A stretch of 64,000 nucleotides of DNA from Candidatus Cloacimonadales bacterium. GTDB taxonomy: Bacteria; Cloacimonadota; Cloacimonadia; Cloacimonadales; JAFGVF01. The position numbers and the translations under genes were made by a program. The notes beneath the pieces were generated by a model, which was not told where the DNA came from, ran no database searches, and saw nothing but the letters and a program-made list of their open reading frames with translations. The DNA is taken from the NCBI GenBank assembly GCA_963677495.2, contig CAXXOU010000001.1, forward strand, positions 544,001 to 608,000. The letters are read 5' to 3'. This document shows positions 29,601 to 37,827 of this stretch, one piece after another (the stretch's first letter is position 1; the number at the start of each line of letters is the position of its first letter).

Positions 29601-29953
29601 AGATAACAGACGGTTTCAGTAAAAGAAACGCTCTAACGTTCGTTATTCTACTTCTGATGACTGCTTCATTAGCAATGAACTCAACGTTCATCTATGTTGA
29701 TTCAGCTCAGATTGTAACCTGGCTGATTCTTACTGTTGTGATGACAGTATTAGTATATATCTTAGTAACAAAGTTTATCGCTCAAAACCAACTATCACTT
29801 ATCTGGATTGCAGGTTTCTTAGCAACCTTCAAAACCTTCGCAATGGCAGTTGGTGACAGCTTTGTAGGAGCAAGACTCTACAATTTCGTTGCATCCATAA
29901 TTTTATTAATATCAGTATTCGCATTAGACAGATTTATCGACCGAAGCGAATAG
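26636..29953 (+). CDS. Large CPBP/Abi (CAAX-type) intramembrane metalloprotease with duplicated architecture
   Basis: EECLFR, FGMGH and HFVFD catalytic motifs; two periplasmic-domain-plus-TM modules; GGAGG RBS. Confidence 0.85.
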   Translation: MMFQKKWFWVVFTLISLSSIFFIINYFPKVMSFINIDITMNREEAYAKTKELAAKFDWGTDEFKQVAMFGGTNGQTYIELEGGGKEAFNELLKSDFYSHYTWMVRSYKPGELLESSTYFKPTGEPYGFEVDYPEELELPNLTSDEALELAKTKAESEWGIDFTPYKLNDKKLVTTPKGRKDYTFIFERTDQQIEEAKFRLNLAITGNKFSAMFHSFKTPEAFQRRYSEMRSANNTIAGIGSILMVIFYGVLGIVVGAFFLIKTKWLIWKQALFWGIFVALLEFIASFNMLSLSWLWYQTSSSVNEHVLNYVSSSLVGFFSNVILLSVSFMVAESLTRKAFGKHTQLWKSWSPKVGNSAKTLGNTIGAYLWVPLSLTYILVFYLITTKYFGWWNSSSLGVDPNTLATSFPWLGAIAMALHAGFWEECLFRAVPIAGAILIGRKFGKEKLFFWIGMILQIIIFGMGHANYAAQPSYARVIELIFPSIVFAVVYIRFGLLAGVLIHFVFDAVLMGLPIWMVETNEMIGNKVLFVIALLFPILILVYRRFKEKKLESDLTGSNNEDWKPVIKTETAKEKVVEKKQSSKSIGRLIPILGALGIVLALLFFRVDYNSSKLQITNDEAIAKATEFIESLGVEDLDQYEVMTEARGGHRMVKSRHWYFLGEEQFKNFTDDFIRSNAISVRFAKFEGDLQDRAEEYEVTFTKDGSLFNYWHKFHEESEGASLTEEEATDLAKTHLERLHSINFNDLTLVRAMPSLKDNRTDWSFTYKDTLNYDLGDNHINYGIGFAGDELSSVYKGIKTPDKEWKKFWSNIRTRDSIHGILNITTMLLYLGSLIIIIIAWTKKQLNMKVFFILFVILILVSLIGFGLDYGNMKMGYSTSQPLGNQNLMNILTTILMGVVVSFYVSIVMAYFAKNRTSSEKLMPRFYIGAMAVGFYLLIMSLLPKITATTPDSSVMTSAIPFLGAIIASLKMFTRSLALLVPTYIILDKITDGFSKRNALTFVILLLMTASLAMNSTFIYVDSAQIVTWLILTVVMTVLVYILVTKFIAQNQLSLIWIAGFLATFKTFAMAVGDSFVGARLYNFVASIILLISVFALDRFIDRSE

Positions 29954-29973
29954 AATAATCATATAAACATATC

Positions 29974-30010
29974 AAGCCTGCTTTTCAACCGGCAGGCTTT
30001 CTCTTTTTTT
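29974..30010 (+). terminator. Intrinsic terminator
   Basis: AAGCCTGCT...GGCAGGCTT followed by a T-rich run. Confidence 0.8.
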
Positions 30011-30027
30011 GGGAGTTTGTCAAGTCT

Positions 30028-30138
30028 GTAGGGGTTCAAAAACTTGAACCCTCGTTAAGTGGCAATCATATCGATTGAACTGCATGATTAGAGTAGATAT
30101 CTGGATACACCTGTGGGCTCAAAATGTTGAGCCCCTAC
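30028..30138. repeat. Inverted pair of GTAG-type REP palindromes (REPIN-like)
   Basis: GTAGGGGTTCAA-aaac-TTGAACCC at 30028 and its inverted cognate GGGCTCAA-aatg-TTGAGCCCCTAC ending at 30138. Confidence 0.8.
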
Positions 30139-30283
30139 GATAGACAGCTACGCTCTCACCCACATTAACAGCAATACTGCCCACTGCGGTGCAATTCGGA
30201 TAAGCTGACGTCATATTACAAGAGTACCATTTTCAAGGTCTAAGGACCATTGAAAAGGTATTTTATCCTACTTAATCAATACC

Positions 30284-30439
30284 TTCTCTTTATCTAATCC
30301 CTACAAGAACCTCTTTGCACCGTTAAATAAGTTATGCACCCGATGTGGATAACTTTAAAGGTTCATAGGGAGGGTCTAGGGAGGCTAAAGGGAGGGACAA
30401 GCGAGATTCTTGGTTTTTGTAGGGATTAGATAAAGAGAA
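30284..30439. repeat. 28-bp inverted repeats enclosing a palindrome and 11-bp-phased AGGGAG repeats
   Basis: 30284-30311 versus 30412-30439 match 27/28; AGGGAG at 30367, 30378, 30389 and AGCGAG at 30400. Confidence 0.9.
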
Positions 30440-30593
30440 CCAGTTAACAAAAATGTATTGGAATGGTTATGGGAGGTTAATGATTAAAAGTGGATAATAC
30501 TATTTATTTTGAGTAGCTATTAGCATAGCTTTAACCACAATAGTCATTTAGTTCTATTTTGAACAAATTGATTCTGCTCCAATATAATAATGT

Positions 30594-30623
30594 TTGACAA
30601 CTCAAGAGTATTATGTATATAAT
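30594..30623 (+). promoter_or_regulatory. Consensus sigma70 promoter
   Basis: TTGACA-18 bp-TATAAT, 32 bp upstream of the ATG at 30656. Confidence 0.7.
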
Positions 30624-30655
30624 GATTATGCAAAAAACAAAGATTTGGTGGCTAT

Positions 30656-31837
30656 ATGTTCAAAAGAGTATTTCTTCTGTGTATCATCACGGTTCTATTC
30701 ATAAATCTCTTCTCCACAGATAAACGTTATTTTCAATTGAAAGGGGAGATTGAGGAAGTTCCCAATAGCATTGAGTATGAGTTGTTCATGCGAAATAAAA
30801 AGCTGACAAAGCACCTTATAAAGCCAACTGTTAAGCCTATAACAATGCTACTATACTCTGATATCAGAGGGCTTAAAATCGGGATAGATGGAGTAAGAAG
30901 ACGAGTAAATGAGTTTGATGGATGTTACATGTTTTTTATAAGACATAATTCTGAATATTTATCTGTTGCAAAAGATGGATGCGGTTACTCATCATTCTCA
31001 CTGGGGGATTTGAAACAATCTAAAACATATAAACTTGAGCTGATAACCGATAAAAGATTTATCAATGAAAGATATGATAGTGATTTCGGATATGGTGGAG
31101 GTGGTGGTGGAGACATATCTGATTGTTTTGCTCGTCAACCGATCAAAGTGAATGCGTTAAAGTTTGAGTTTAAAAGAGATTCTAATATGTTTCCATTGAT
31201 CAAAGTGTATGAATCAAGTATAGAAGATTATCCAGTGGAATATAAGGAGAGCAAGGATATTTTTTGGGGTAAACATACGTTTTCACCACGAAAAAGCAAA
31301 ATTCCTAGTAATCTACACACACTAATACTTGATAAGCAATTCGAGGATTCATTTGTAATCAGCTTTAAGTCTTCCCCGAATCCAGAAATATATCGGGATA
31401 ATGCACTTTATAGAAATAGTACACTAATCCGGGGAGAAAGAGAAAGCAACATTTGGATTGAACCTGAGATTTTGGATCAAATAGAGGGTAGTACAGTAAA
31501 AGTAGAATACCCTCAGTTCCATGCGAAACGGATTGGAAGAACACCAAAAACCAATAAATATACAGTACCTCCTATTGCGATTTATACCTTGCAACCAATA
31601 TATGCTGGGATCAATTTTAAGAAGGGTAAAAAACCTCATAGAGTTATATGCGATGTGGAGGTATTCAAAGATGGTACAGTAGGAGCAGTAGAGATAGATA
31701 ATTTAAGAAGATATGATGATGAAGAGTACATACTGAATACAATGAAAAAATGGGAGTTTATTCCTGCACAGCTTAATGGTGATGCCACTGATTGCTGGGT
31801 AAAGATTCCGATTATGATGGGAACGGAGGTGTGGTAA
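30656..31837 (+). CDS. Exported protein with TonB C-terminal-like domain
   Basis: Signal-like N-terminus; VICDVEVFKDGTVGAVEI...KKWEFIPAQLNG..TDCWVKIPI. Confidence 0.7.
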   Translation: MFKRVFLLCIITVLFINLFSTDKRYFQLKGEIEEVPNSIEYELFMRNKKLTKHLIKPTVKPITMLLYSDIRGLKIGIDGVRRRVNEFDGCYMFFIRHNSEYLSVAKDGCGYSSFSLGDLKQSKTYKLELITDKRFINERYDSDFGYGGGGGGDISDCFARQPIKVNALKFEFKRDSNMFPLIKVYESSIEDYPVEYKESKDIFWGKHTFSPRKSKIPSNLHTLILDKQFEDSFVISFKSSPNPEIYRDNALYRNSTLIRGERESNIWIEPEILDQIEGSTVKVEYPQFHAKRIGRTPKTNKYTVPPIAIYTLQPIYAGINFKKGKKPHRVICDVEVFKDGTVGAVEIDNLRRYDDEEYILNTMKKWEFIPAQLNGDATDCWVKIPIMMGTEVW

Positions 31838-33039
31838 TGAAGAGTTATAGGCTACTCATGACACTCATATTTCTTAACATCTTATGCATAGCTTTTACTT
31901 TAGAAATCAATGTTATAGAGAAAACAAAACTAAATCCCCAACATATAGGTTTACAATTACTGCCTGAAGAAGAGAAAACCAACCTCACTGCTTTACTCAT
32001 AGTACATTGCGAAACTCCTGAACTACTATTCTTTAATAATGAGTACCTACAAAAGCAAATAGACTTAGGAAAATCGTATCTTATTCTTCTAAGAGAAGGT
32101 GCTGATAAAGTAATCATAACTGAAGATGGGATTAACAAACACACGCAAGAGTTTGGCTTTAAATTAAAGAGAGGAGAAGTATATGAAATCTCTTTAGAGG
32201 TTACTAATGCACTTTCTTTTGTAGATAACCAATATGAACATTTTGAACAGGCAATAGAACAGCTCCCTACTGAATACGACAATAAAGGTTATGTTTTAAA
32301 TCTTGCTTATCTAAAAACCGGAGATGATACTGCATTGATCAACTTCAAGGTATTTCCAGATAGCATGACTTTAATGGTGAATGGTTTCTCACTTGAAAAT
32401 GGGATGCATCAAATCTATGTGGATTCAGAAACTCAAAACAGTATTCAGGTCAGACCTGATTCATTCGATGAAGAGGATTATTGGGATGAATATCCGTTGA
32501 ATGAGTTCAGAGAAGAAAAGGAGTATTTAAGTTTTAGTTCTGATGGTAATGTAATTACTTTGGGTTCAATATGTGACAGTTACATACGTAATTATGGGCA
32601 GGACATAAAGAAAATTCCAGTCAAAATGATTATTGATGGTGAAGTCAAGATGGTTGATTTATATCGAAGACAGTGTGTAGGACTTAGAGAAGGAGAATAC
32701 TCATTAAGTAAAAGCAATATAATTTCACAATCATGGGATAATAATTCGGTATATATACATAATAACCGGATACCTGACACTTCTGTAGTATTAAGTGCAG
32801 GGAACCATAAATCACCTAAAAAAAGAACTGATAAGTGTGAGTTAGTTTCATTAATAATAACAGAGAATAATAGAACTCAACCAAAAGTAGTTTGTCGATC
32901 AAGTTATGGGGATCTAAATGATCTAGAAAGAAAGGCGATTGAAATAGTGAAAAAATGGGAGTTCAAACCTGCAAAGAAGAGTGATAAAGAAGTCTCATAC
33001 AGAGTTTTCATACCTGTTAACTTTGGGAAGGATGAATAA
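31837..33039 (+). CDS. Exported protein with PEGA-like region and TonB C-terminal-like domain
   Basis: TAATG translational coupling at 31835-31839; KAIEIVKKWEFKPAK...VSYRVFIPVNF. Confidence 0.7.
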   Translation: MKSYRLLMTLIFLNILCIAFTLEINVIEKTKLNPQHIGLQLLPEEEKTNLTALLIVHCETPELLFFNNEYLQKQIDLGKSYLILLREGADKVIITEDGINKHTQEFGFKLKRGEVYEISLEVTNALSFVDNQYEHFEQAIEQLPTEYDNKGYVLNLAYLKTGDDTALINFKVFPDSMTLMVNGFSLENGMHQIYVDSETQNSIQVRPDSFDEEDYWDEYPLNEFREEKEYLSFSSDGNVITLGSICDSYIRNYGQDIKKIPVKMIIDGEVKMVDLYRRQCVGLREGEYSLSKSNIISQSWDNNSVYIHNNRIPDTSVVLSAGNHKSPKKRTDKCELVSLIITENNRTQPKVVCRSSYGDLNDLERKAIEIVKKWEFKPAKKSDKEVSYRVFIPVNFGKDE

Positions 33040-33041
33040 TT

Positions 33042-34979
33042 ATGAAGAAATGGTTAATCTTTATCTTTGTTTTCGTTCTAGTTGTGGTTGTAATTATAGC
33101 CACTCCCCATTTTATCAGAAAAAAGCTGTTCTTTGAAGAAAACATTAACTCACAGCAACAACCTAGCATTAATAAGAAAGTAGAACCGGGGATTATCCCT
33201 AAAACCACTCTGATAAGCTATAATGGTTCATTATACAAAGAAACTGAGAAATTATGGAATACCCAAACTTTTAGAAGAGTTTCATCAGAATATGACACAC
33301 TCAGAACTTTCGTGATCGATAAACCTGACCACTTAGTTGAAGTTACAGTAGAAACAAAACCCTCAGATGCATTCACATATTTCTGTGAAACTCGACATGA
33401 TATAATCTATGAAAAGTCTTTAGTTCATAGAGGTTTCTTTAGTGTTATCTCAGCTAAGAAAGAGGGTTATAATGAAGCAACTAAAGCATTTAAAGCTTCA
33501 TCAGACACTACTATTACTATTTCTTTAGAAAAGATACAACCCGGAGGTTTTATAACATTTATTTGTAAAACCGGATTTAAAGAGATTACTGCTAATAATA
33601 AGCAAACAAATGCCCATAAAACACGCTATTTGTCAGGGAAATACACTTTTAAAGCTACAAGCTTAGGTATGAATAAGTGGGAGAAAACTATCACAGTAAT
33701 GGATGGTGATGACCTCACTATACCTGTTGATTTTGAAATGACAAGCACATTAGGAATTCTCGATTTAGAGATGATTGGTTATGGAATCGCAAAAGTGATT
33801 GATACTGATGGGAACGCAATAAAATTAAAGTCTTCAAAAAGGGAAAAGCTACATATTGGAAAGTATATTTTGGAGTTCTGGGTACCAAATGAAAGGGAAT
33901 GTGTCTCTAAAGAGATAGATATAAAGAAAGATGAAATAACTACTGTGCGTCATTCATTCATAGATGAACCAATTAATTCCAGCAATAAATTCTCTCAATA
34001 TCAACAGTATGGTGAACTCTTATTATCAGTTTATCCACCTACAGCAAACGTGCAACTGATTTATGAAGATGGTACAATTATTGAGCAGAATAAATGGAAA
34101 CAATTACATAATTTACCTATAGGTAATTATAGTTTGAATCTCTCTGCTTTTGGCTATAGGAGTCAACAATCATCATTCGCAATAACTCCTTTCCACCGAG
34201 AAAAGATAAGGATGGTTTTAGCAAAATCATCTGTACTCTACTCTGTACCACCGGTTATAAGTACTACAGAAATTGGGATGAAAATGGTAGAGATAAAGGG
34301 TGGATCATATATTATGGGTAATGATACAGATAATGAAACGGATAATCCTGAACATGAAGTTACAGTAAAAAGCTTTTTGATGGGACAATATGAAGTAACT
34401 CGAAACCAGTGGGAAAAGGTGATGAACTTAAGAGTTCAATATTATCGTCAAGAATCTGCTATTGTAAATGTTCGTTGGGAACAAGCGGTCGAATTTTGCA
34501 ATAGACTTAGTAAAAAAGAGGGACTTGAACCTTGTTATTATATCAGCTCCGGCAAAGATCCAAACTATCATACTAAAACAGAAGATTCGTTTAAAGTTGT
34601 AATATTTGATCCAGATGCTAATGGCTATAGGCTACCAACTGAAGCTGAATGGGAGTATGCAGCTAAGGGAGGTGTTTATCCGAATACCGGGTTTACACCA
34701 TATATAGATCTAACAGATAGAGAAAAGTTTCCGAAAGATATTAAGCCAAACACATTAGGATTATATAATATCACCGAAGATGTCACTGAATGGTGCAATG
34801 ACTGGTATGATAAAGACTATTATAGTAAATCACCTACATCAAACCCAATGGGACCAAAGACGGGAGAATATGTAGTTTATAGAGGTTTTGATAGTAACAA
34901 TATTAGTAGAAGATATTACTTCCATAGGCATAAATCTGAATCTAATCACGGATTTAGGGTTGTGAGGAATTTGGAATAA
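33042..34979 (+). CDS. PEGA-repeat protein with C-terminal FGE-sulfatase (SUMF1-like) domain
   Basis: N-terminal TM; PEGA-like repeats; MVEIKGGSYIMG, YEVTRNQW, GYRLPTEAEWEYAAKGG, PNTLGLY and GFRVVR. Confidence 0.88.
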   Translation: MKKWLIFIFVFVLVVVVIIATPHFIRKKLFFEENINSQQQPSINKKVEPGIIPKTTLISYNGSLYKETEKLWNTQTFRRVSSEYDTLRTFVIDKPDHLVEVTVETKPSDAFTYFCETRHDIIYEKSLVHRGFFSVISAKKEGYNEATKAFKASSDTTITISLEKIQPGGFITFICKTGFKEITANNKQTNAHKTRYLSGKYTFKATSLGMNKWEKTITVMDGDDLTIPVDFEMTSTLGILDLEMIGYGIAKVIDTDGNAIKLKSSKREKLHIGKYILEFWVPNERECVSKEIDIKKDEITTVRHSFIDEPINSSNKFSQYQQYGELLLSVYPPTANVQLIYEDGTIIEQNKWKQLHNLPIGNYSLNLSAFGYRSQQSSFAITPFHREKIRMVLAKSSVLYSVPPVISTTEIGMKMVEIKGGSYIMGNDTDNETDNPEHEVTVKSFLMGQYEVTRNQWEKVMNLRVQYYRQESAIVNVRWEQAVEFCNRLSKKEGLEPCYYISSGKDPNYHTKTEDSFKVVIFDPDANGYRLPTEAEWEYAAKGGVYPNTGFTPYIDLTDREKFPKDIKPNTLGLYNITEDVTEWCNDWYDKDYYSKSPTSNPMGPKTGEYVVYRGFDSNNISRRYYFHRHKSESNHGFRVVRNLE

Positions 34980-35007
34980 CATTAATTGACAGAGAATCAC
35001 GTTTCTA

Positions 35008-35052
35008 CCCCTCATCGGTACTTTGTACCACTTCTCCCCAGAGGGGCGAAGA
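35008..35052. repeat. REP-like element of the CCCTCATC...CTTCTCCC...GGGG.GAAG type
   Basis: cccctcatcggtactttgtaccacttctccccagaggggcgaag, two small hairpins between convergent genes. Confidence 0.55.
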
Positions 35053-35059
35053 TATAACA

Positions 35060-35086
35060 AAAAGGGTTGAGCGAACTCAACCCTTC
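35060..35086. terminator. Intrinsic terminator between convergent operons
   Basis: AAGGGTTGAG-cgaa-CTCAACCCTT with an A-run on the left (U-tract on the minus strand). Confidence 0.8.
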
Positions 35087-35107
35087 TAAATGTATTAGAT
35101 AAATGGT

Positions 35108-35845
35108 TTATTTAACCATTAACATCTTTTTCGTATCAGTGATTGAACCACTTGTAAGCTTATAGTAATAAACACCTGATGCTGCGTTATCGGCTGTCCA
35201 AACAACAGAACCTGTGTTGTTATTAACTGTAAGATTACGGAACTCTTTTACTAACTCACCTCTTATATTGAAGATTTCGATCTTAGCATTATCAGCTTGT
35301 GCTTTTGTAAGATTATAGCTTATAGTTGTTGTAGGATTGAATGGGTTAGGGTAGTTAGCAAGTAAGCCAGGTTTTAAAGCACCTTGTACATCATCATCGT
35401 TACTTACTGCTTCAGCAGTTCTGAACAAGAATGGAAGTACTAATGGTTCTGCTAAATCATCTGATGTGATAACATAATCAACATAGAAGTAGCCTGTTGT
35501 ATTGTACATAGCTTGTAGATCAAGACTTATAGTTGCACCAGCAGGGAAAGTGAATTCCCAAGCCGGAGATGCATAATGATGACATCCGTCCGGAACTGTT
35601 GGAGCAAGTCCTTCATTACACCACATAGCCTGCCAGCCATCTGGCAAGTCAACAGGGACTAAGTCGATTTGATAAACACCTTCCGGTCCGTTGTTTGTAA
35701 TATGGAAGAATGGAGAAACATGTGTAGTCATCTCACGAGGTTCTTCACCCACAACCTCAGTATCAAAAGGAATATCAACAACAAGCTCAGCTGCTAACAT
35801 AGCAACTACAGCGATAAACAATATTAATAATAACGATCTTTTCAT
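35108..35845 (-). CDS. Small secreted protein with Cys pair and T9SS-type C-terminal domain
   Basis: Signal peptide; WQAMWCNEG...DGCHHY; NYPNPFNPTTTI...ASGVYYYKL...KKMLMVK. Confidence 0.85.
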   Translation of the reverse strand: MKRSLLLILFIAVVAMLAAELVVDIPFDTEVVGEEPREMTTHVSPFFHITNNGPEGVYQIDLVPVDLPDGWQAMWCNEGLAPTVPDGCHHYASPAWEFTFPAGATISLDLQAMYNTTGYFYVDYVITSDDLAEPLVLPFLFRTAEAVSNDDDVQGALKPGLLANYPNPFNPTTTISYNLTKAQADNAKIEIFNIRGELVKEFRNLTVNNNTGSVVWTADNAASGVYYYKLTSGSITDTKKMLMVK

Positions 35846-35856
35846 TTTAATCTCCT

Positions 35857-37284
35857 TTAGAATCTGGTGATTAACTCAAGTCTAACACCATCGAAAGGCT
35901 TGTTAGTCTTACAAACACCATTCCTACATACTTTTCCGCCCTTCTCACTACCGGCGAAAAGTACTACATCTGTATTTTCATATATAGTAGTTCTAAATTC
36001 TGCATTTACAAAATATCTGCTATCAGTAGCATCACCAAACTCTTCGATATTAGTTTCTGCAATAATTGAGAGAGAATGGTCACCATAGCTTACATCAGTT
36101 TGTAAAAGAGGTTCCCAGTGATTTGCTTCAACACCATTGTTCTCTTTCTCGATTCTCTGCATCTCTGTTTTGATATGGAAACCAAGTGTTTCTGTTGGAA
36201 TGTCGAATACTAATGCAGGAGTTATCTCTCTTTGCCAGGAGATCGCTGCATCATTAACTTTTTCCCAGTAACCGCATTCAGCAGTGACTTCATTCTTTCT
36301 TACTTTCATTCCAAAAGCACCGAAGAAATCGTTCATCTGTCTGTCTTTGTCTGAATCCCAAGCTTCTGCGTAGCTTAGAAGAAGATGATATTTCTCATCT
36401 TCCTGATCCCAACTCAACTCGCCCATGAAACCTTCTTCATCAGCACCACTTGCTAAATCATCAGAAAGTGTTTCTTCATGATAGTTGGCTGTAGGCACAT
36501 CATTGAGGTCATAGTTCATGTTCCAGAACTTCTTATAAGCACCATTAATGCTGAATTCACCGAAATATGCGTTAAGGTTGGCATAATAGCCTTCACCGTT
36601 AAAATCATACTCATCGATCATGGTTCTTGCATATTCACCATAGAAATCAAAATAGTCCCATTCCTGAGTCATTCTGAAACCATAAGCTTGCATCAAATAA
36701 TATGCAGAGCTTGATTTAAGTCTCTCATTCTGAAAGTAAGATGCACCAATCTTTGTATGAGGAATGTAACTGCTTTCTATATCGAAAAGACCTGCGAGTT
36801 CATTTGCATCATAGTCTTCGCTTGGCATTGCACCATAGAGACCTTTAACTTCAAAGTACTCAGTCGCAGCTTTAATAAGTGCAGCTTCGAGTCTGGTATC
36901 TACATCCACATCTTCATCACGATATGAACGGAAAAGCAGGCCTGAACCTACAAAGTCCTCTGTAGTACCGATATGTAAAAGTAGATCATCTCTTTCAAAA
37001 GTAAGATATCTCTCATCCCATTCAACTTTTACATCTTCTGAATCAAGGTCTTCGATTGGATTATCGCTCTCATACTTAGGAAGAGATGCTAAAAACTTCA
37101 TACCGAACACAAGATCTTTGTAGTTGGCAAGTAAACTAAGTTCATTATAAAAATATGTGTTCAAAGAATCATCTACTGCTTTATAGATAACTTCCATCTC
37201 ATTGGTTCCACTTAACTCAAAATCATCACCAATCAGCAATGATAATGATGTGAGAAGCAGAAGAGCTATAACAATTTTCTTCAT
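35857..37284 (-). CDS. DUF6029-like outer-membrane beta-barrel protein
   Basis: Signal peptide; alternating beta-strand pattern; GSGLLFRSY; C-terminal GGKVCRNGVCK...GVRLELITRF ending in Phe. Confidence 0.75.
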   Translation of the reverse strand: MKKIVIALLLLTSLSLLIGDDFELSGTNEMEVIYKAVDDSLNTYFYNELSLLANYKDLVFGMKFLASLPKYESDNPIEDLDSEDVKVEWDERYLTFERDDLLLHIGTTEDFVGSGLLFRSYRDEDVDVDTRLEAALIKAATEYFEVKGLYGAMPSEDYDANELAGLFDIESSYIPHTKIGASYFQNERLKSSSAYYLMQAYGFRMTQEWDYFDFYGEYARTMIDEYDFNGEGYYANLNAYFGEFSINGAYKKFWNMNYDLNDVPTANYHEETLSDDLASGADEEGFMGELSWDQEDEKYHLLLSYAEAWDSDKDRQMNDFFGAFGMKVRKNEVTAECGYWEKVNDAAISWQREITPALVFDIPTETLGFHIKTEMQRIEKENNGVEANHWEPLLQTDVSYGDHSLSIIAETNIEEFGDATDSRYFVNAEFRTTIYENTDVVLFAGSEKGGKVCRNGVCKTNKPFDGVRLELITRF

Positions 37285-37293
37285 TAAGGGCTC

Positions 37294-37815
37294 CTATTCG
37301 GCTGCTTCTTCTACATGTTCTTCGACTGTAGCTTCTATGCCTAACAGTTTCTGGATTTCAGCTTCGAGAATCTTTTCTCCACCAGGTTTACCTGACATGA
37401 AGTCAAATACTACAGTTCCATCTTTATCCACGATGAATGTATGAGGAATATTCTTCACACCCATCTTCTTTGAAATCTTCTGGTCACTGTCAAAAAGTGT
37501 AACGAAACCAAACTTTTTCTTCTTAACATAAGCTTTAGCTTTAACTTTCTTGCGTGGAGAGTCAATAGAGATAGCAACAACTTTGATGCCTTCATACTTT
37601 TTATCAATCTCATCAAGATGTGGCATTGCTTTCTTACAAGGATCACACCAGCTAGCCCAAAAATCCACAACAATTGGACCATCTTTAAGTAATGATTTAA
37701 GTGATACTTTCTTGCCTTTAACGTCTTCCAGTTTAAAGTCAGCAAACTTCTTCTCAGCGAAGAGTGAACCTGCAAGTAGCAGGACTAAAACTATGATTAC
37801 TATTTTAAATTTCAT
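37294..37815 (-). CDS. TlpA-family thiol-disulfide reductase
   Basis: DFKLEDVKG, VDFWASWCDPC and cis-Pro IPHTFIVD. Confidence 0.92.
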   Translation of the reverse strand: MKFKIVIIVLVLLLAGSLFAEKKFADFKLEDVKGKKVSLKSLLKDGPIVVDFWASWCDPCKKAMPHLDEIDKKYEGIKVVAISIDSPRKKVKAKAYVKKKKFGFVTLFDSDQKISKKMGVKNIPHTFIVDKDGTVVFDFMSGKPGGEKILEAEIQKLLGIEATVEEHVEEAAE

Positions 37816-37827
37816 TTTGTGCTCCTC

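Noticed and set aside
30332..30352. DnaA boxes as a replication origin
   Set aside because: Only one perfect and one imperfect box; no box cluster, obvious unwinding element or dnaA/dnaN context.
34870..35052. FGE-sulfatase C-terminus plus downstream hairpins as a diversity-generating retroelement target
   Set aside because: The fold is a known DGR target type, but no template repeat or reverse transcriptase is in the window and the hairpins look like a REP and a terminator. A genome-wide search for an adenine-mismatched copy would be needed.
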